DNA of 64,000 bases from an uncultured Candidatus Berkelbacteria bacterium (GCA_903851235.1 CAINNR010000032.1:25-64024), one strand, 5' to 3'; positions 9,514 through 20,415 are shown, numbered from the stretch's first letter. The notes: a model not told the origin generated them from the sequence alone. Translations and numbers: made by a program.

Positions 9514-10326
9514 TTAATTCTTTGGGATTGAATCTTCCGAGAACCAAATTTCGTGATTTTTATCAAAGTAGAACTCTTTTACTGCCGGTTCGGCGTTGTT
9601 TTTGACGTACTCCGGGTCAACGTCAAATATCTTATTTTTCTCTCTCACTACTTTATTCCAGTATATTCGGTTTTTAATTTTTCCCCTGTCAGATGAATTA
9701 GTTGTTTGGGCTTTGTGCATCGTAAATTGCGACAGAGCAATATTTTTGCAACAAAATTTGAAGCCGGCGCTTTGCGCTCGTAACCACAAATCCCAATCCT
9801 CACCGATTTTTATATTTTCATCATAACCACCGAGTTTATCAAAAACGTATTTATAGTAGGCGGATGATCCGGCGTGGGCGATATAGTTAATATATTTTAG
9901 CATTACGGGATCATATGGCTGAAAATGCCGGAGTGTTCTTTCGCCGGTTTCGGGGTAAAATCTCTCTAAATTGGCGTAAAAAATATCGGCTTTGTTTTTT
10001 TCAAGTTCCGCCACACTGACCTCGGCCCGATTTGGGAAATTCGGATCGTCGGCATCAACGGGAAAAATTATTTCGCCACTGGCAACCCGTGTTCCTAAAT
10101 TTCTCGCTGCTGCGACGCCGGATTTATTTTCCGGGCTTTTGAGAGTGATTAAATTCGGATGACTCCCCACCATCGTTTTTAGAATCTCTGGAGTCCTGTC
10201 ACTACTGTGATCATCAACAACAATTACTTCAAGATTCTGATAATTTTGATTTAGAATTGAATTAATGGTATTCTCAAGGAAATACTCACCATCTTTTACT
10301 GCCAGAACGAATGAAACTTTTTTCAT
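9514..10326 (-). CDS. Glycosyltransferase family 2
   Basis: VVDDHSSD, AAARNLG, DADD, EDWDLW. Confidence 0.92.
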   Translation of the reverse strand: MKKVSFVLAVKDGEYFLENTINSILNQNYQNLEVIVVDDHSSDRTPEILKTMVGSHPNLITLKSPENKSGVAAARNLGTRVASGEIIFPVDADDPNFPNRAEVSVAELEKNKADIFYANLERFYPETGERTLRHFQPYDPVMLKYINYIAHAGSSAYYKYVFDKLGGYDENIKIGEDWDLWLRAQSAGFKFCCKNIALSQFTMHKAQTTNSSDRGKIKNRIYWNKVVREKNKIFDVDPEYVKNNAEPAVKEFYFDKNHEIWFSEDSIPKN

Positions 10327-10417
10327 TTCACTTCCTTTCTACTCGGCTTTTTGATATTATTTAGTAAGTCAAACCTAATTTTAGCAGGGATTCGTAATTT
10401 ATGAAATGAGGTGTCTG

Positions 10418-11182
10418 ATGTCAGAGCCGAAAATTAGCTATATTATTGCCACTCGCGACAGGGCTGATTTGATTGGGGAAACCATCTTATCTTTAATTCA
10501 ACAGGACGAAGCTGATTGGGAAGCGATCATTGTTGACGATCATGGAACCGACAAGACGGAGGAGATAATCAAGAATTTTCATGATCAAAGGTTAGTCTAT
10601 CTCAAACTCGGTGATTCAAATGGTAGGGGTGCCAGTTGCGCCAGAAATTTGGCGGCGATTTGGGCCAAAGCTCCTATTATTGCGATTACTGATTCTGATG
10701 ATATTTTATATCCGAACCGAACTTCAGAGACGCTAAAAGCCTTTAGGGACAACCCTGAGATTGAGGTTTTTTATTCAGATTTTGATATCTGGGATGTTGC
10801 AAGTGGTGAAGTTCGAAGCCGCAAAACTCCGGTTTCGGATTATTCATTTGAAAAAATGAAAGCTGATCATTTTATTCCGCACATTACGGTTGCAATGAAA
10901 AAACAGCTTTTACTTGATAACCCTTATAACCAATACTTTCGGATGGCCGAAGATTACGACATTTTGTCACGACTAGCTGTTCAAGGAAGAAAATTTTATT
11001 TTTGCAAGAAAAAGTTGATGAAATATCGCCTCGGAATAAACAATATGTCGATTGGTAAGGAAAGAAAAACCATTGTCGATCTATACGGACAAATGGCAAA
11101 AATGGCTCGAGGCTTTATTCCATTTGGTTTGGAAGTGGCAAAACAAATTCAAGAATTTGAAAATCAAAGGAGCAAAAAATGA
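10418..11182 (+). CDS. Glycosyltransferase family 2
   Basis: IVDDHGTD, ARNLA, DSDD, EDYD. Confidence 0.92.
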   Translation: MSEPKISYIIATRDRADLIGETILSLIQQDEADWEAIIVDDHGTDKTEEIIKNFHDQRLVYLKLGDSNGRGASCARNLAAIWAKAPIIAITDSDDILYPNRTSETLKAFRDNPEIEVFYSDFDIWDVASGEVRSRKTPVSDYSFEKMKADHFIPHITVAMKKQLLLDNPYNQYFRMAEDYDILSRLAVQGRKFYFCKKKLMKYRLGINNMSIGKERKTIVDLYGQMAKMARGFIPFGLEVAKQIQEFENQRSKK

Positions 11183-12219
11183 AAATTGCAATTGTTGGTG
11201 CCATCGATACTCCAATCACTAAAGATTCTACCGCCGGTACTGAGGTTTGGACCTATAATCTGGCGGAAAAATTAATCGAACTCGGGCATTCTGTCACCTT
11301 ATTTGCAAATGGTGGAAGCGTTTTTTCCGGAAAGTTGGTTAATATTGTTGAGGAGCAAGAATTGGTAAACGGTGATTCAACAAAAAAGATCTCTCCCGCC
11401 AAGTTTTCGATGTACAGTGTTAAAGAGATGGTCGAAGTAGTAAAAAAGCAAGCAGATTTTGACGTTATCCATATAAGCGTCTACAGCTTTCATTATCTAT
11501 TACCACTAGTTGATCTGATTGAAAAACCGATAGTAATGACAATCCATGGCACCTCTTTTCAGGATTCGGAGATCGGCCAGGTGTTTAAGTTATATCCAAA
11601 AGTCAATTATGTTTTTATCGCTAAACAATACGAAAAGAAATGGCCTCATCCGGAAAAGTATCAAGTTATATATAACGGTATCGAAGTTGAAAAATTTGAT
11701 TTTAGCGACAAAAAATCGGACTACTTTTTTTGGATGAGCCGAATTTCTCCGGAGAAAGGTGTCGATGACGCAATTGATTTTGCGAAAAAAACCGGCGAAA
11801 AATTAATCATCGCCGGGCCGATTCGTGATCAGGGTTATTTTGACAAAACCGTCAAATCGTATCTTTCGGAAAAAATTAAATATGTCGGTGAATTGGATTT
11901 TGCCGCCAAAAACAAGTATTACAAAAATGCCCGCGCGTTTCTAATGCCGATAAAATGGGAGGAACCGTTTGGTATGGTGGTTGTTGAGGCTTTGGCTTGC
12001 GGTACGCCGGTTATTGCCTATAATCGCGGGGCGATGCCAGAATTAATTGACAATGGCGTCAATGGTTTTTTAGTCGATGATGTCGTTGGCATGATTGAAG
12101 CCGAAAAACAATTAGCTAAAATAGATAGCCAATCATGTAAAAAAAGCGCGGAAAATTTTAGCCTTAAAAGAATGGTTGGGCAGTATGTTAAATATTATGA
12201 TGAAATTATTATAGCTTAG
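11179..12219 (+). CDS. Glycosyltransferase family 4
   Basis: SRISPEKG, WEEPFGMVVVEALACGTPV. Confidence 0.92.
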   Translation: MKIAIVGAIDTPITKDSTAGTEVWTYNLAEKLIELGHSVTLFANGGSVFSGKLVNIVEEQELVNGDSTKKISPAKFSMYSVKEMVEVVKKQADFDVIHISVYSFHYLLPLVDLIEKPIVMTIHGTSFQDSEIGQVFKLYPKVNYVFIAKQYEKKWPHPEKYQVIYNGIEVEKFDFSDKKSDYFFWMSRISPEKGVDDAIDFAKKTGEKLIIAGPIRDQGYFDKTVKSYLSEKIKYVGELDFAAKNKYYKNARAFLMPIKWEEPFGMVVVEALACGTPVIAYNRGAMPELIDNGVNGFLVDDVVGMIEAEKQLAKIDSQSCKKSAENFSLKRMVGQYVKYYDEIIIA

Positions 12220-12257
12220 GGAAGTCAGAACAGCTTATTTTTAATTCGGGAGAAATA

Positions 12258-13364
12258 ATGAATAAAGAAAAATTACGAATTGCCCAACTTGGCAGTATTT
12301 GGGAGACCACACCTCCGCCACTTTATGGTGGAACCGAAAGAGTTGTCTATAATTTGACTGAAGGATTGGTTGATCGCGGTCACGAAGTGACTCTTTTTGC
12401 CACCGGTGACTCAAAAACTCGCGCCCGTTTAATCTCTGTCACACCGGAAGCGTTGTATCGCCGAGGAATTTCTTGGGGCAATGCGCTTTATCCACTAATG
12501 AACATTTTTAACGCTTTCAATATGAGTGATCAATTTGATCTGATTCATATTCATCTGAATATGCCAACGGATTTTATTGCTCTGGCCTTTGCTAAATTAA
12601 TAAAAATTCCGACGGTTGTAACCATTCATTTTCGTCTGCCGGATAAAATCGAAGATATAACTGATCGCTATGTTGCACTGGAAAAATTTTCTAGTTTGAA
12701 TTATGTCTCAATTAGCAATAATCAACGAACGAACAAAAAACTGCATTATGCGAAAACCGTATATAACGGAATTGATTTCTCCATCTACAAATTTGATCCC
12801 AAGGGCGGAGTCGATCTCGGTTGGATTGGTCGATTTTCGCCGGACAAAGGTGCCAAACAAGCTATTGAGGTTGCAAATCGATTGGACCAACAACTGGTTT
12901 TGGCCGGCAAACTGGATGCCAATGACAAGAATAACCAACAATACTTTAAAGACGAAATCGAACCGAATTTAAAGAAAACCTTAAAAAATTATTACATCGG
13001 CGAGATTAACGATAAACAAAAATCAAATTTCTTTGGTAAAATGCGTTGTTTATTAAACCCAACAAATTGGCGAGAACCATTCGGTTTAGTTGTAGTTGAA
13101 GCCAACGCTTGCGGGACTCCGGTTGTTGCTTTTGATAATGGCGCAATGCGAGAGATTATCAAAGACGGAGTCAACGGTTTTGTTGTCAAGGCCGGAGATG
13201 TAAACGCAATGGCTAAACGTGCGAAAGAAATATATGATATGTCTGACGAAAAATATCAAGCGTTTCGAAAAACTTCTTGGGAATTCTCAAAGAAGAATTT
13301 TTCGTCTGAAAAGATGGTGGAAAATTATGAGAAATTATACCAGAGAATATTAAAAAATATTTAA
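12258..13364 (+). CDS. Glycosyltransferase family 4
   Basis: PPLYGGTERVV, WREPFGLVVVEANACGTPV. Confidence 0.92.
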   Translation: MNKEKLRIAQLGSIWETTPPPLYGGTERVVYNLTEGLVDRGHEVTLFATGDSKTRARLISVTPEALYRRGISWGNALYPLMNIFNAFNMSDQFDLIHIHLNMPTDFIALAFAKLIKIPTVVTIHFRLPDKIEDITDRYVALEKFSSLNYVSISNNQRTNKKLHYAKTVYNGIDFSIYKFDPKGGVDLGWIGRFSPDKGAKQAIEVANRLDQQLVLAGKLDANDKNNQQYFKDEIEPNLKKTLKNYYIGEINDKQKSNFFGKMRCLLNPTNWREPFGLVVVEANACGTPVVAFDNGAMREIIKDGVNGFVVKAGDVNAMAKRAKEIYDMSDEKYQAFRKTSWEFSKKNFSSEKMVENYEKLYQRILKNI

Positions 13365-14329
13365 TGATAAATTATCAAAAAGAATCAGAATTGCTGGCAA
13401 AAAAATTGAACTTTATTCCAAAAGAGGTATTTAGAAATGTTCCTGAATTCGGTTATTTTATTACCAAAGGTACGATTGGAAAAGCTGATGTAGTATTGCG
13501 TCTTTCGCCAAAAATCGACAAGGAAAAGAAAATTAAAGCTTTGAGAGAAAAATTAGCAAATGATATTGCAGGAGATCAACTGGTTGCTAAAATTATTGAT
13601 TTTGGCGAAACTAATGTTTTTACTTGGTCAATTAGAAAGTTTTATCCGGAAAAAACTTTAGCCGTTGATTCAAGTTCCGGGGAATTATTTCACAACAGCG
13701 ATATTATACGAGATGAATTCTTAAAAAAATCCGAAGAAATTATCTTTGCAATAACTGAAAATATTAAACATTTAGAAGACTCTGATTGGTCGGAACTCAA
13801 CTTTAAGAAGCTAAAGTCAAGGAAATTTCCGTTTGCGCTAAATATGGTTAATCAAGAATTGATTGAAAAATCAACAGCCGTAAATTTTAATCAACTTGGG
13901 AAATTCTTTTCGAGCAATAAAAAAATATATTTTAATAAAAAAGAGCTTGTTCCTTGTGTCGGCGATCTGTCACCGGCAAATATACTAATTGGAAAATCGA
14001 ACAAGGTTCTATTTTATGATCTCGAATATTTTTCTATCGAACAAAAAACGATTGATATCGCCTATCTTTGGAATTATCTTTGGCGATATCCCGAGTGGCA
14101 AAAGAAAATAGTTAAATTATTAATCACCAATGATGACGATCAGCTAAAATTTCGTTTCAGCTTAATTCGAGTGATTTTGGGAATTTATAATGAAGGTTTA
14201 TCAACTTATTCAAAAAGTCCAAACAAAGATGTTTTAGTAAAAAAAATCAATCTGTATAAAAAACATATTTGCGCCAGATATCTTACTGCTGCTGGGCAGT
14301 CGTTTGATGCAATTATGAAGGTTAAATAA
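13364..14329 (+). CDS. Aminoglycoside/choline kinase-like phosphotransferase
   Basis: GDLSPANIL and FYDLE resemble the APH-family HGDxxxxN and DxE motifs. Confidence 0.6.
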   Translation: MINYQKESELLAKKLNFIPKEVFRNVPEFGYFITKGTIGKADVVLRLSPKIDKEKKIKALREKLANDIAGDQLVAKIIDFGETNVFTWSIRKFYPEKTLAVDSSSGELFHNSDIIRDEFLKKSEEIIFAITENIKHLEDSDWSELNFKKLKSRKFPFALNMVNQELIEKSTAVNFNQLGKFFSSNKKIYFNKKELVPCVGDLSPANILIGKSNKVLFYDLEYFSIEQKTIDIAYLWNYLWRYPEWQKKIVKLLITNDDDQLKFRFSLIRVILGIYNEGLSTYSKSPNKDVLVKKINLYKKHICARYLTAAGQSFDAIMKVK

Positions 14330-14339
14330 TTGGAGAAAT

Positions 14340-15716
14340 ATGGCCAGAATTTTGCAATCAATTTTTAAAACCTATGATATTAGAGGGATATACCCCGAGG
14401 AAATTAATGTTTCTGCAATCGAAAAGATTGCCGCGTCTCAAGTTGAATTTCTAAAAGCAAAATCAATTGTTTTGGGCTTTGACGCAAGAAAATCCTCGCC
14501 CGAATTTCATCGTGCGGCAAAAGAAATTTTTGTTTCCCTTGGTATAAAAGTTTTTGACGTCGGGATGGTTCCGATTGAGGTTCTGTACTTTGCTTGCGGA
14601 GATTTTAAGGCCGATGGCGGCTTTTACATTTCTGCGTCTCACAATCCAAGGGAGTATAATGGAGTCAAATTAATTCGCGAAGAAGCGAAGCCATTGACCT
14701 CCGGTTCCGGCTTAGAAGAAGTAATGAAGATTGCTTTGGGACTTACTAAAATAATTCCGGCAAAAAATCCTGGCCTGATTATTACTACTGATCCATGGGT
14801 TGATTATCTAAGAAAGATTTTTTCTGTTGTAGGAGCGGAAAAAATAAAACCGATAAAAATTATCTGTGATGCCTCGAATGGCGTCTCCGGTTTGGCGTTG
14901 GAAAAAATTGTTGAAAAATTACCGATTGAAATAATCAAATTGAATTTTGCTCCCGATGGTGATTTTCCGAATCATCAACCTAACCCCTTGGTTGCGGCAT
15001 ACCGGCAGCAAATTGTCGCGGAATGCCAAAAAAATAAAGATGTCTCTTTAGCGGCGATTTTTGATGGTGATGGTGACCGAGTTGCTTTCCTGGACGAAGC
15101 CGGTGAATTTATTGACACTGATTTTTCCAGCGCTCTGATAACAAAAATTCTTCTTGGAAAAAATCCCGGTGATTCAATAGTTTTTGATTTACGGCGAGGT
15201 TGGGCGATAAAAGATCAAGCGGAAATTTTAGGTTCAAGATATTACCCGACAAAATCTGGTTACCCGTTTATCAAAGAGAAAATGAGGCAAGAAAATGCTG
15301 TTTTTGCTGGCGAAGCGTCGGCACATTATTTTTATCGCGATTTTTTCTTTTCCGATTCCGGGATCATCACATTACTTTTAGTCGTTAAATTTTTATCGGA
15401 AAATAATTTGAAAATGTCTGAGGCGATTGAAGAATATCGGCAGGCTTATTTCATGTTTGAGGAAACCAATTTTAAAGTCAAAAATAGCGATGAAATTGTG
15501 GAAAAATTAAAAAAAGAATTTTCTGATGGTAAAATCAATTTGCTTGATGGCTTGTCAATTGATTACGCTGATTGGCATTTTAATCTTCGGACTTCAAATA
15601 CTCAACCATTGATTCGTTTAAATGTTGAAGGAAAAAATCAGGAGTTAATTGAAGAAATGCGCGATAAAATAATTAATATTATTAATAGTTTCGGCGGGAT
15701 TGAAGTTGAGGAATAG
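14340..15716 (+). CDS. Phosphomannomutase/phosphoglucomutase
   Basis: FKTYDIRG, SASHNP, FDGDGDR, GEASAH. Confidence 0.93.
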   Translation: MARILQSIFKTYDIRGIYPEEINVSAIEKIAASQVEFLKAKSIVLGFDARKSSPEFHRAAKEIFVSLGIKVFDVGMVPIEVLYFACGDFKADGGFYISASHNPREYNGVKLIREEAKPLTSGSGLEEVMKIALGLTKIIPAKNPGLIITTDPWVDYLRKIFSVVGAEKIKPIKIICDASNGVSGLALEKIVEKLPIEIIKLNFAPDGDFPNHQPNPLVAAYRQQIVAECQKNKDVSLAAIFDGDGDRVAFLDEAGEFIDTDFSSALITKILLGKNPGDSIVFDLRRGWAIKDQAEILGSRYYPTKSGYPFIKEKMRQENAVFAGEASAHYFYRDFFFSDSGIITLLLVVKFLSENNLKMSEAIEEYRQAYFMFEETNFKVKNSDEIVEKLKKEFSDGKINLLDGLSIDYADWHFNLRTSNTQPLIRLNVEGKNQELIEEMRDKIINIINSFGGIEVEE

Positions 15717-15725
15717 AAAAATATT

Positions 15726-16295
15726 ATGATCTCATATTTAAAGGGAGGAATAATAATTTCACGGCCGGGTTTTATCATTATCGATGTTGCCGGTGTCGGT
15801 TATAAAGTTGCGGTTTCGCCGCAAGTTGATTTTTTGGAAAGTATGAAAAAGTATGAGCTTTTCATACATCATCATATAAAAGAGGACGCCAGTGATCTCT
15901 ACGGGTTTTTAAAGTTTGAGGAATTGGAATTGTTTGAAAAATTATTATCAGTCAATGGTGTCGGACCGAAAGTGGCGATGACAATTGTTTCGATCGCTCC
16001 GGCGGAAAAAATAATCGATGCAATTATCTCCGAGGATTCAAACTTCTTTCAATCGGCGCCGGGAGTTGGGAAAAAAGTCGCAATAAAAATTATTCTTGAT
16101 TTAAAATCCAAGATTTCAAATTTAAAATATAGCGGAAACATCGGCGGCGGTCAGCATCAAGATATTTATGATGGTTTGGAAATGCTTGGCTACAAGAAAC
16201 AGGAGATTGATAAAATTATTGGTAAGTTGCCGGCAGAATTGAAGTCATCGGAAGAAAAAATCAGATGGTGCCTTAGAAATTTATCCAAAGTGTAA
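15726..16295 (+). CDS. ruvA: Holliday junction branch migration protein RuvA
   Basis: GVGY, LYGF, VNGVGPK, PGVGKK HhH motifs. Confidence 0.96.
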   Translation: MISYLKGGIIISRPGFIIIDVAGVGYKVAVSPQVDFLESMKKYELFIHHHIKEDASDLYGFLKFEELELFEKLLSVNGVGPKVAMTIVSIAPAEKIIDAIISEDSNFFQSAPGVGKKVAIKIILDLKSKISNLKYSGNIGGGQHQDIYDGLEMLGYKKQEIDKIIGKLPAELKSSEEKIRWCLRNLSKV

Positions 16296-16324
16296 AATTA
16301 TTTTTTATTTTTTGATTTATTGTT

Positions 16325-17353
16325 ATGTCAGAAGCAGACCAAAATATAATAAATACAACCGTTGTTGAGGAAGATTTTGACCTTGATAATTCTTTGCGGC
16401 CAAAAAAACTTTCTGACTATGTCGGTCAAGTTGCGATTAAAGAAAATCTTGATATTTTTATTTCTGCGGCCAAAAAAAGAGACGAAGCGGTTGAACATAT
16501 ACTGTTATATGGACCGCCGGGTTTAGGCAAGACAACTCTGGCTCATATTATCGCTAATGAAATGGGAGCTAATATTCGTGTCACCTCTGGAACAGCAATT
16601 GAGCGCGCCGGTGATTTGGCATCAATTTTGACCTCTTTGCAAGATGGCGACATTCTATTTGTTGATGAAATTCATCGTCTAAATCGTAACATCGAAGAGG
16701 TTTTGTATCCGGCGATGGAAGATTTTGCCATCGATATGATTTTGGGCAAGGGCCCATCGGCAAAAACCTTGCGTTTAGATGTGCCAAGATTTACGCTCAT
16801 CGGCGCAACGACGAAAATTGGCGCGCTTTCTTCACCGCTCCGCGACCGTTTCGGTAATATTTTTCGTTTGGAATTTTACACTGATGAAGAATTGGAGGAA
16901 ATTGTAAAACGTTCGGCGAAAATATTAAATATCAAGCATCGCGGTAATGGCCTGAAGGAGATCTCAAAGAGATCGCGAAAAACTCCGCGTGTCGCCAACC
17001 GAATTTTGAAACGGGTTCGCGACTTTGCCGAAGTAAAACACCAAGGCGAAATTGATGAGGAGATTGCCGAGTTGGCGCTTTCAATGTTGGATATTGATAA
17101 GCTTGGTCTTGATAAAACCGACCGAATGATTCTAGAGATCATTATCGATAAATTTTCTGGCGGACCGGTTGGGCTTGACGCTTTGGCCGCCGCCGCGTCT
17201 GAGGATCGGGATACTATCGAAGACGTAATTGAGCCGTATTTGATGCGCTTGGGCTTTATTGACCGGACCCCTCGTGGCCGAATTGCGACGCCGGGAGCGT
17301 ATGAGCATCTGGGCAGGATTAAAGAATCAGATGAAAAACAGAAACTCCTATAG
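16325..17353 (+). CDS. ruvB: Holliday junction helicase RuvB
   Basis: [23 protein letters not shown]. Confidence 0.98.
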   Translation: MSEADQNIINTTVVEEDFDLDNSLRPKKLSDYVGQVAIKENLDIFISAAKKRDEAVEHILLYGPPGLGKTTLAHIIANEMGANIRVTSGTAIERAGDLASILTSLQDGDILFVDEIHRLNRNIEEVLYPAMEDFAIDMILGKGPSAKTLRLDVPRFTLIGATTKIGALSSPLRDRFGNIFRLEFYTDEELEEIVKRSAKILNIKHRGNGLKEISKRSRKTPRVANRILKRVRDFAEVKHQGEIDEEIAELALSMLDIDKLGLDKTDRMILEIIIDKFSGGPVGLDALAAAASEDRDTIEDVIEPYLMRLGFIDRTPRGRIATPGAYEHLGRIKESDEKQKLL

Positions 17354-17372
17354 AAAAATCAATACCTAATAA

Positions 17373-17963
17373 ATGATAAAAACTTTTATGTCAAAAAAAA
17401 TTTTGCTTCATACTTGTTGTGTTTCTTGCCTGTCAATTGTCCATAAAAAATTGCTGGATAATGATTTTTCGCCAGTGATTTTTTATTATAATCCATCAAT
17501 TCAGGGCAAAATTGAATATCTCAATCGGTTGAAGGACGTGACTGAATATTGTCAAAAAAATAGTTTGGAAATAATTGTCCCGGAGTACAATGAAGAGGAA
17601 TTTTTTAAGCCGCTTCGCCCTTGGCAGGACAAAAATTCACTGAAATATATTAACGACAACAACCGCTTTCGGCGCAAACGTTGCGAATTTTGTTATCAAT
17701 TAAAAATCTATCGCACCGCTTCCGAAGCAAAGAAAACCAGAGTCAATTTCTTCTCAACAACGCTTTTGGCTTCACCGTATCAAGATCACGAATTCATTGA
17801 TTACATCTCCAGCCAAATTGCCAAAGAAAATGACTTAGAATTTATTTATGAGGATTTTCGAAAAGGTTACTGGCAGGGTCGAAATTTTTCCCGCTCTCAC
17901 AAATATATTATCCCGACTTATTGCGGTTGCACTTTTAGCCAAACAGAAAGGATGCTAGAATAA
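17373..17963 (+). CDS. queH: Epoxyqueuosine reductase QueH (DUF208)
   Basis: LLHTCCxxC, YYNP, RCxxC, TTL..SP.Q, YCGC. Confidence 0.85.
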   Translation: MIKTFMSKKILLHTCCVSCLSIVHKKLLDNDFSPVIFYYNPSIQGKIEYLNRLKDVTEYCQKNSLEIIVPEYNEEEFFKPLRPWQDKNSLKYINDNNRFRRKRCEFCYQLKIYRTASEAKKTRVNFFSTTLLASPYQDHEFIDYISSQIAKENDLEFIYEDFRKGYWQGRNFSRSHKYIIPTYCGCTFSQTERMLE

Positions 17964-17967
17964 AATT

Positions 17968-18174
17968 ATGATATTTTTATTAGTTTGTTATTTTGTTTTC
18001 CTTGTCGGCTTTATAATTTTTAGCGCTTCCGGGCTTTATCACCTTTGGCGTTTTGGTTATGTTGGCGATCTGACAAAACCGGTAATGGTGGTATATATTA
18101 TTGTCGCAATTTTTATTATCGTTTTGACTTTATTCGCCATCAGCCTCAGATCTTGGCCGGCCACGATTTCATAA
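17968..18174 (+). CDS. Small two-TM membrane protein
   Basis: Two hydrophobic segments; in operon. Confidence 0.65.
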   Translation: MIFLLVCYFVFLVGFIIFSASGLYHLWRFGYVGDLTKPVMVVYIIVAIFIIVLTLFAISLRSWPATIS

Positions 18175-18207
18175 TGATGATTTTCATTAAATATTAAAAT
18201 TATATTT

Positions 18208-19098
18208 ATGCCAATTTCCGGAAAGTATTTTCCATCACAATTAAGTGGAGAGCGAGTATTTCTTTTGATCCGACGTCATTGGATTGTTTTTGCGGCAATG
18301 AGTTTGTTGTTAGCCGTACTTATTGTGCCGGTAATAATGTTGTTGATATATTGGAGCGCCAACCCCGATACTTTTTCCGGTTCGCTGGGAAACTTTTTAA
18401 TAATTCTTTCCAGTATGTACACGCTTGCGGTTATCGGTCTTATGCTTTACGGTTTTGTTAATTACTATCTTGATATTTATATCGTTACCAACAAAAGAAT
18501 CGTTGATATCAAACAAAACGGCTTTTTCAAGCGAGAAATCGCAGAGTTGCATCTTCATCAAATTCAAGATGTTGAAGCCAGGGTTGATGGATTTTTGCAA
18601 ACGGTGATCCATTTTGGCGATATTTACATTCAGACTGCCGGCGAACGGGAGAACTTTATTTTTGCCGATGTTCCTCATCCGTACACTCTGGCAAAAGAGA
18701 TTATAGAGTTGCATGAAGCGGCAATTGAGGCTGAATACGAGCCGCAAATGCCGGATGATGAAATCAAAGCTGATGATTACCGGCCGGAGGATTATTCATC
18801 GGGTAAGACAACTACCGATCAAGCCGAGGAACAAAGATTCCAACAAATTCAGAGCCAAGATAATCAGATTGAGGACTCCGGTGGTGCAATTAAGGAACTT
18901 GAGGAGAGTTATTCGCCAAAGGATGCGAAAGATTTTGAGCAACAGGTCTCCAAATCTTCAGCAACTTCCGCTTCCGATCAAACCCAACCAGAAGTTGAAC
19001 TTGGTTTCGGCTCGCATGACAGCGGCAATCAACAAAAAAATCCAACCGGTGAGTTATCTGAGGGTCAGGAGGTAAACTTAAACGATGATCACAACTAA
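18208..19098 (+). CDS. Membrane protein with bacterial PH (bPH_2) domain and acidic tail
   Basis: RRHW, 2 TM, IVTNKRIV, FGDIYIQTAG. Confidence 0.8.
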   Translation: MPISGKYFPSQLSGERVFLLIRRHWIVFAAMSLLLAVLIVPVIMLLIYWSANPDTFSGSLGNFLIILSSMYTLAVIGLMLYGFVNYYLDIYIVTNKRIVDIKQNGFFKREIAELHLHQIQDVEARVDGFLQTVIHFGDIYIQTAGERENFIFADVPHPYTLAKEIIELHEAAIEAEYEPQMPDDEIKADDYRPEDYSSGKTTTDQAEEQRFQQIQSQDNQIEDSGGAIKELEESYSPKDAKDFEQQVSKSSATSASDQTQPEVELGFGSHDSGNQQKNPTGELSEGQEVNLNDDHN

Positions 19099-20134
19099 GG
19101 AGTTTGATTATAATATACCGGCAAATCTGATTGCCGCTTGTCCGGTTAGTCCGCGAGATTCTTCGCGGCTTTTGGTTTTTGAAACCCAAAAAAATACAGT
19201 TTCTGACCAAATTTTTTATAACATCGGAAATTATCTAAAATCTGGTGATCTTCTAATTTTGAACAACTCTAAAGTAATGCCGGCGCGAATAATCGGTAGG
19301 AGACAGACCACCGGGGAAGTTGAAATATTATTGCTGAAAAAAATTGGAAAATATTGGGATGTGTTGATTGGCGGGAAAATTAAGATTAAGGAAAAAATAT
19401 TTTTTGCCGCTGGTCTTGAAGCCTGTGTTATCGCGAAAGATGGGAAGAATGGGCTACTAAAATTTAATTTTTCGGGCGCAAAATTTTGGCAAAAAGTAAA
19501 TAAGATTGGTAAAATGCCGATTCCGCCATATATCAAAAATTCCAAATTGTCAGAGACTGATTTTAGAAGAGAATATCAAACGGTATATGCGAAAACCTTT
19601 GGCTCGGCGGCGGCACCGACTGCCGGCTTGCACTTCACTTTGAGGTTAATCAAAGAATTAAAATCAGCCGGAATCGGATTTGCTTCTGTTGATTTGCATG
19701 TCGGCATCGGAACATTTGCGCCGATAAATGACGAAGAGATTAGAAATAAGAAATTGCATATGGAAAGTTTTTCGATTCCCGCAGTGACTATTAAAAAAAT
19801 TGTTGAGACAAAGAAGACTGGTGGTAGAATTATCGCAGTTGGGACAACCACAGTTCGAGCCCTCGAGTCGGTTGCCAAGAAGATTTTGTCAGCTGAAAAA
19901 ATAGTCTCTGGTTCAACCGACATATTTATTCAACCTGGGGATAATTTTAAAATTGTTGATGGCTTAATTACAAATTTTCACTTGCCAAAATCGAGTTTAA
20001 TGATGCTAGTGGCGGCTTTTTTGCAGCATCGTGGAATCGATAATGGTCGAAAAAAACTTTTGGAGCTCTACAATATCGCCATTAATAAAGAGTATCGTTT
20101 CTACTCGTTCGGCGATGCGATGTTAATAATTTAA
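19085..20134 (+). CDS. queA: S-adenosylmethionine:tRNA ribosyltransferase-isomerase
   Basis: PPYI, YQTVYA, AAPTAGLHF, TNFHLPKS, YRFYSFGDAM. Confidence 0.97.
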   Translation: MITTKEFDYNIPANLIAACPVSPRDSSRLLVFETQKNTVSDQIFYNIGNYLKSGDLLILNNSKVMPARIIGRRQTTGEVEILLLKKIGKYWDVLIGGKIKIKEKIFFAAGLEACVIAKDGKNGLLKFNFSGAKFWQKVNKIGKMPIPPYIKNSKLSETDFRREYQTVYAKTFGSAAAPTAGLHFTLRLIKELKSAGIGFASVDLHVGIGTFAPINDEEIRNKKLHMESFSIPAVTIKKIVETKKTGGRIIAVGTTTVRALESVAKKILSAEKIVSGSTDIFIQPGDNFKIVDGLITNFHLPKSSLMMLVAAFLQHRGIDNGRKKLLELYNIAINKEYRFYSFGDAMLII

Positions 20135-20173
20135 CGACTTGACAGAAAAATCCCTGGAATATAAACTAATAAA

Positions 20174-20300
20174 GTAAAAACTTTTGGGGAAAAGCTCGAA
20201 GGTTTTTTGTTTTTTAAACCGAAGGGGAAATTACACTGTGTATGGAGCTTAAAGTTCCCGAAGGCCTCGGGACCACCTAGCTTCACCACAGTGTTTTTTT
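20174..20300 (+). ncRNA. Candidate small structured RNA or leader between queA and tsaE
   Basis: TTGACA(20139)-17-TAAACT promoter; interrupted hairpin acactgtg/ggagct/gttcccga..tcgggac/agcttc/cacagtgt followed by a T-tract. Confidence 0.45.
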
Positions 20301-20415
20301 CTTGTCTCCACATCTTGCCGGTTGTTCAAAGTAATGTTAGAATTATCTCATCCTCCGGGCTAGCAAATAGCAGTCCGAATTTCCTGGTTGCAATTATTAT
20401 CTAACTGACACTTAG

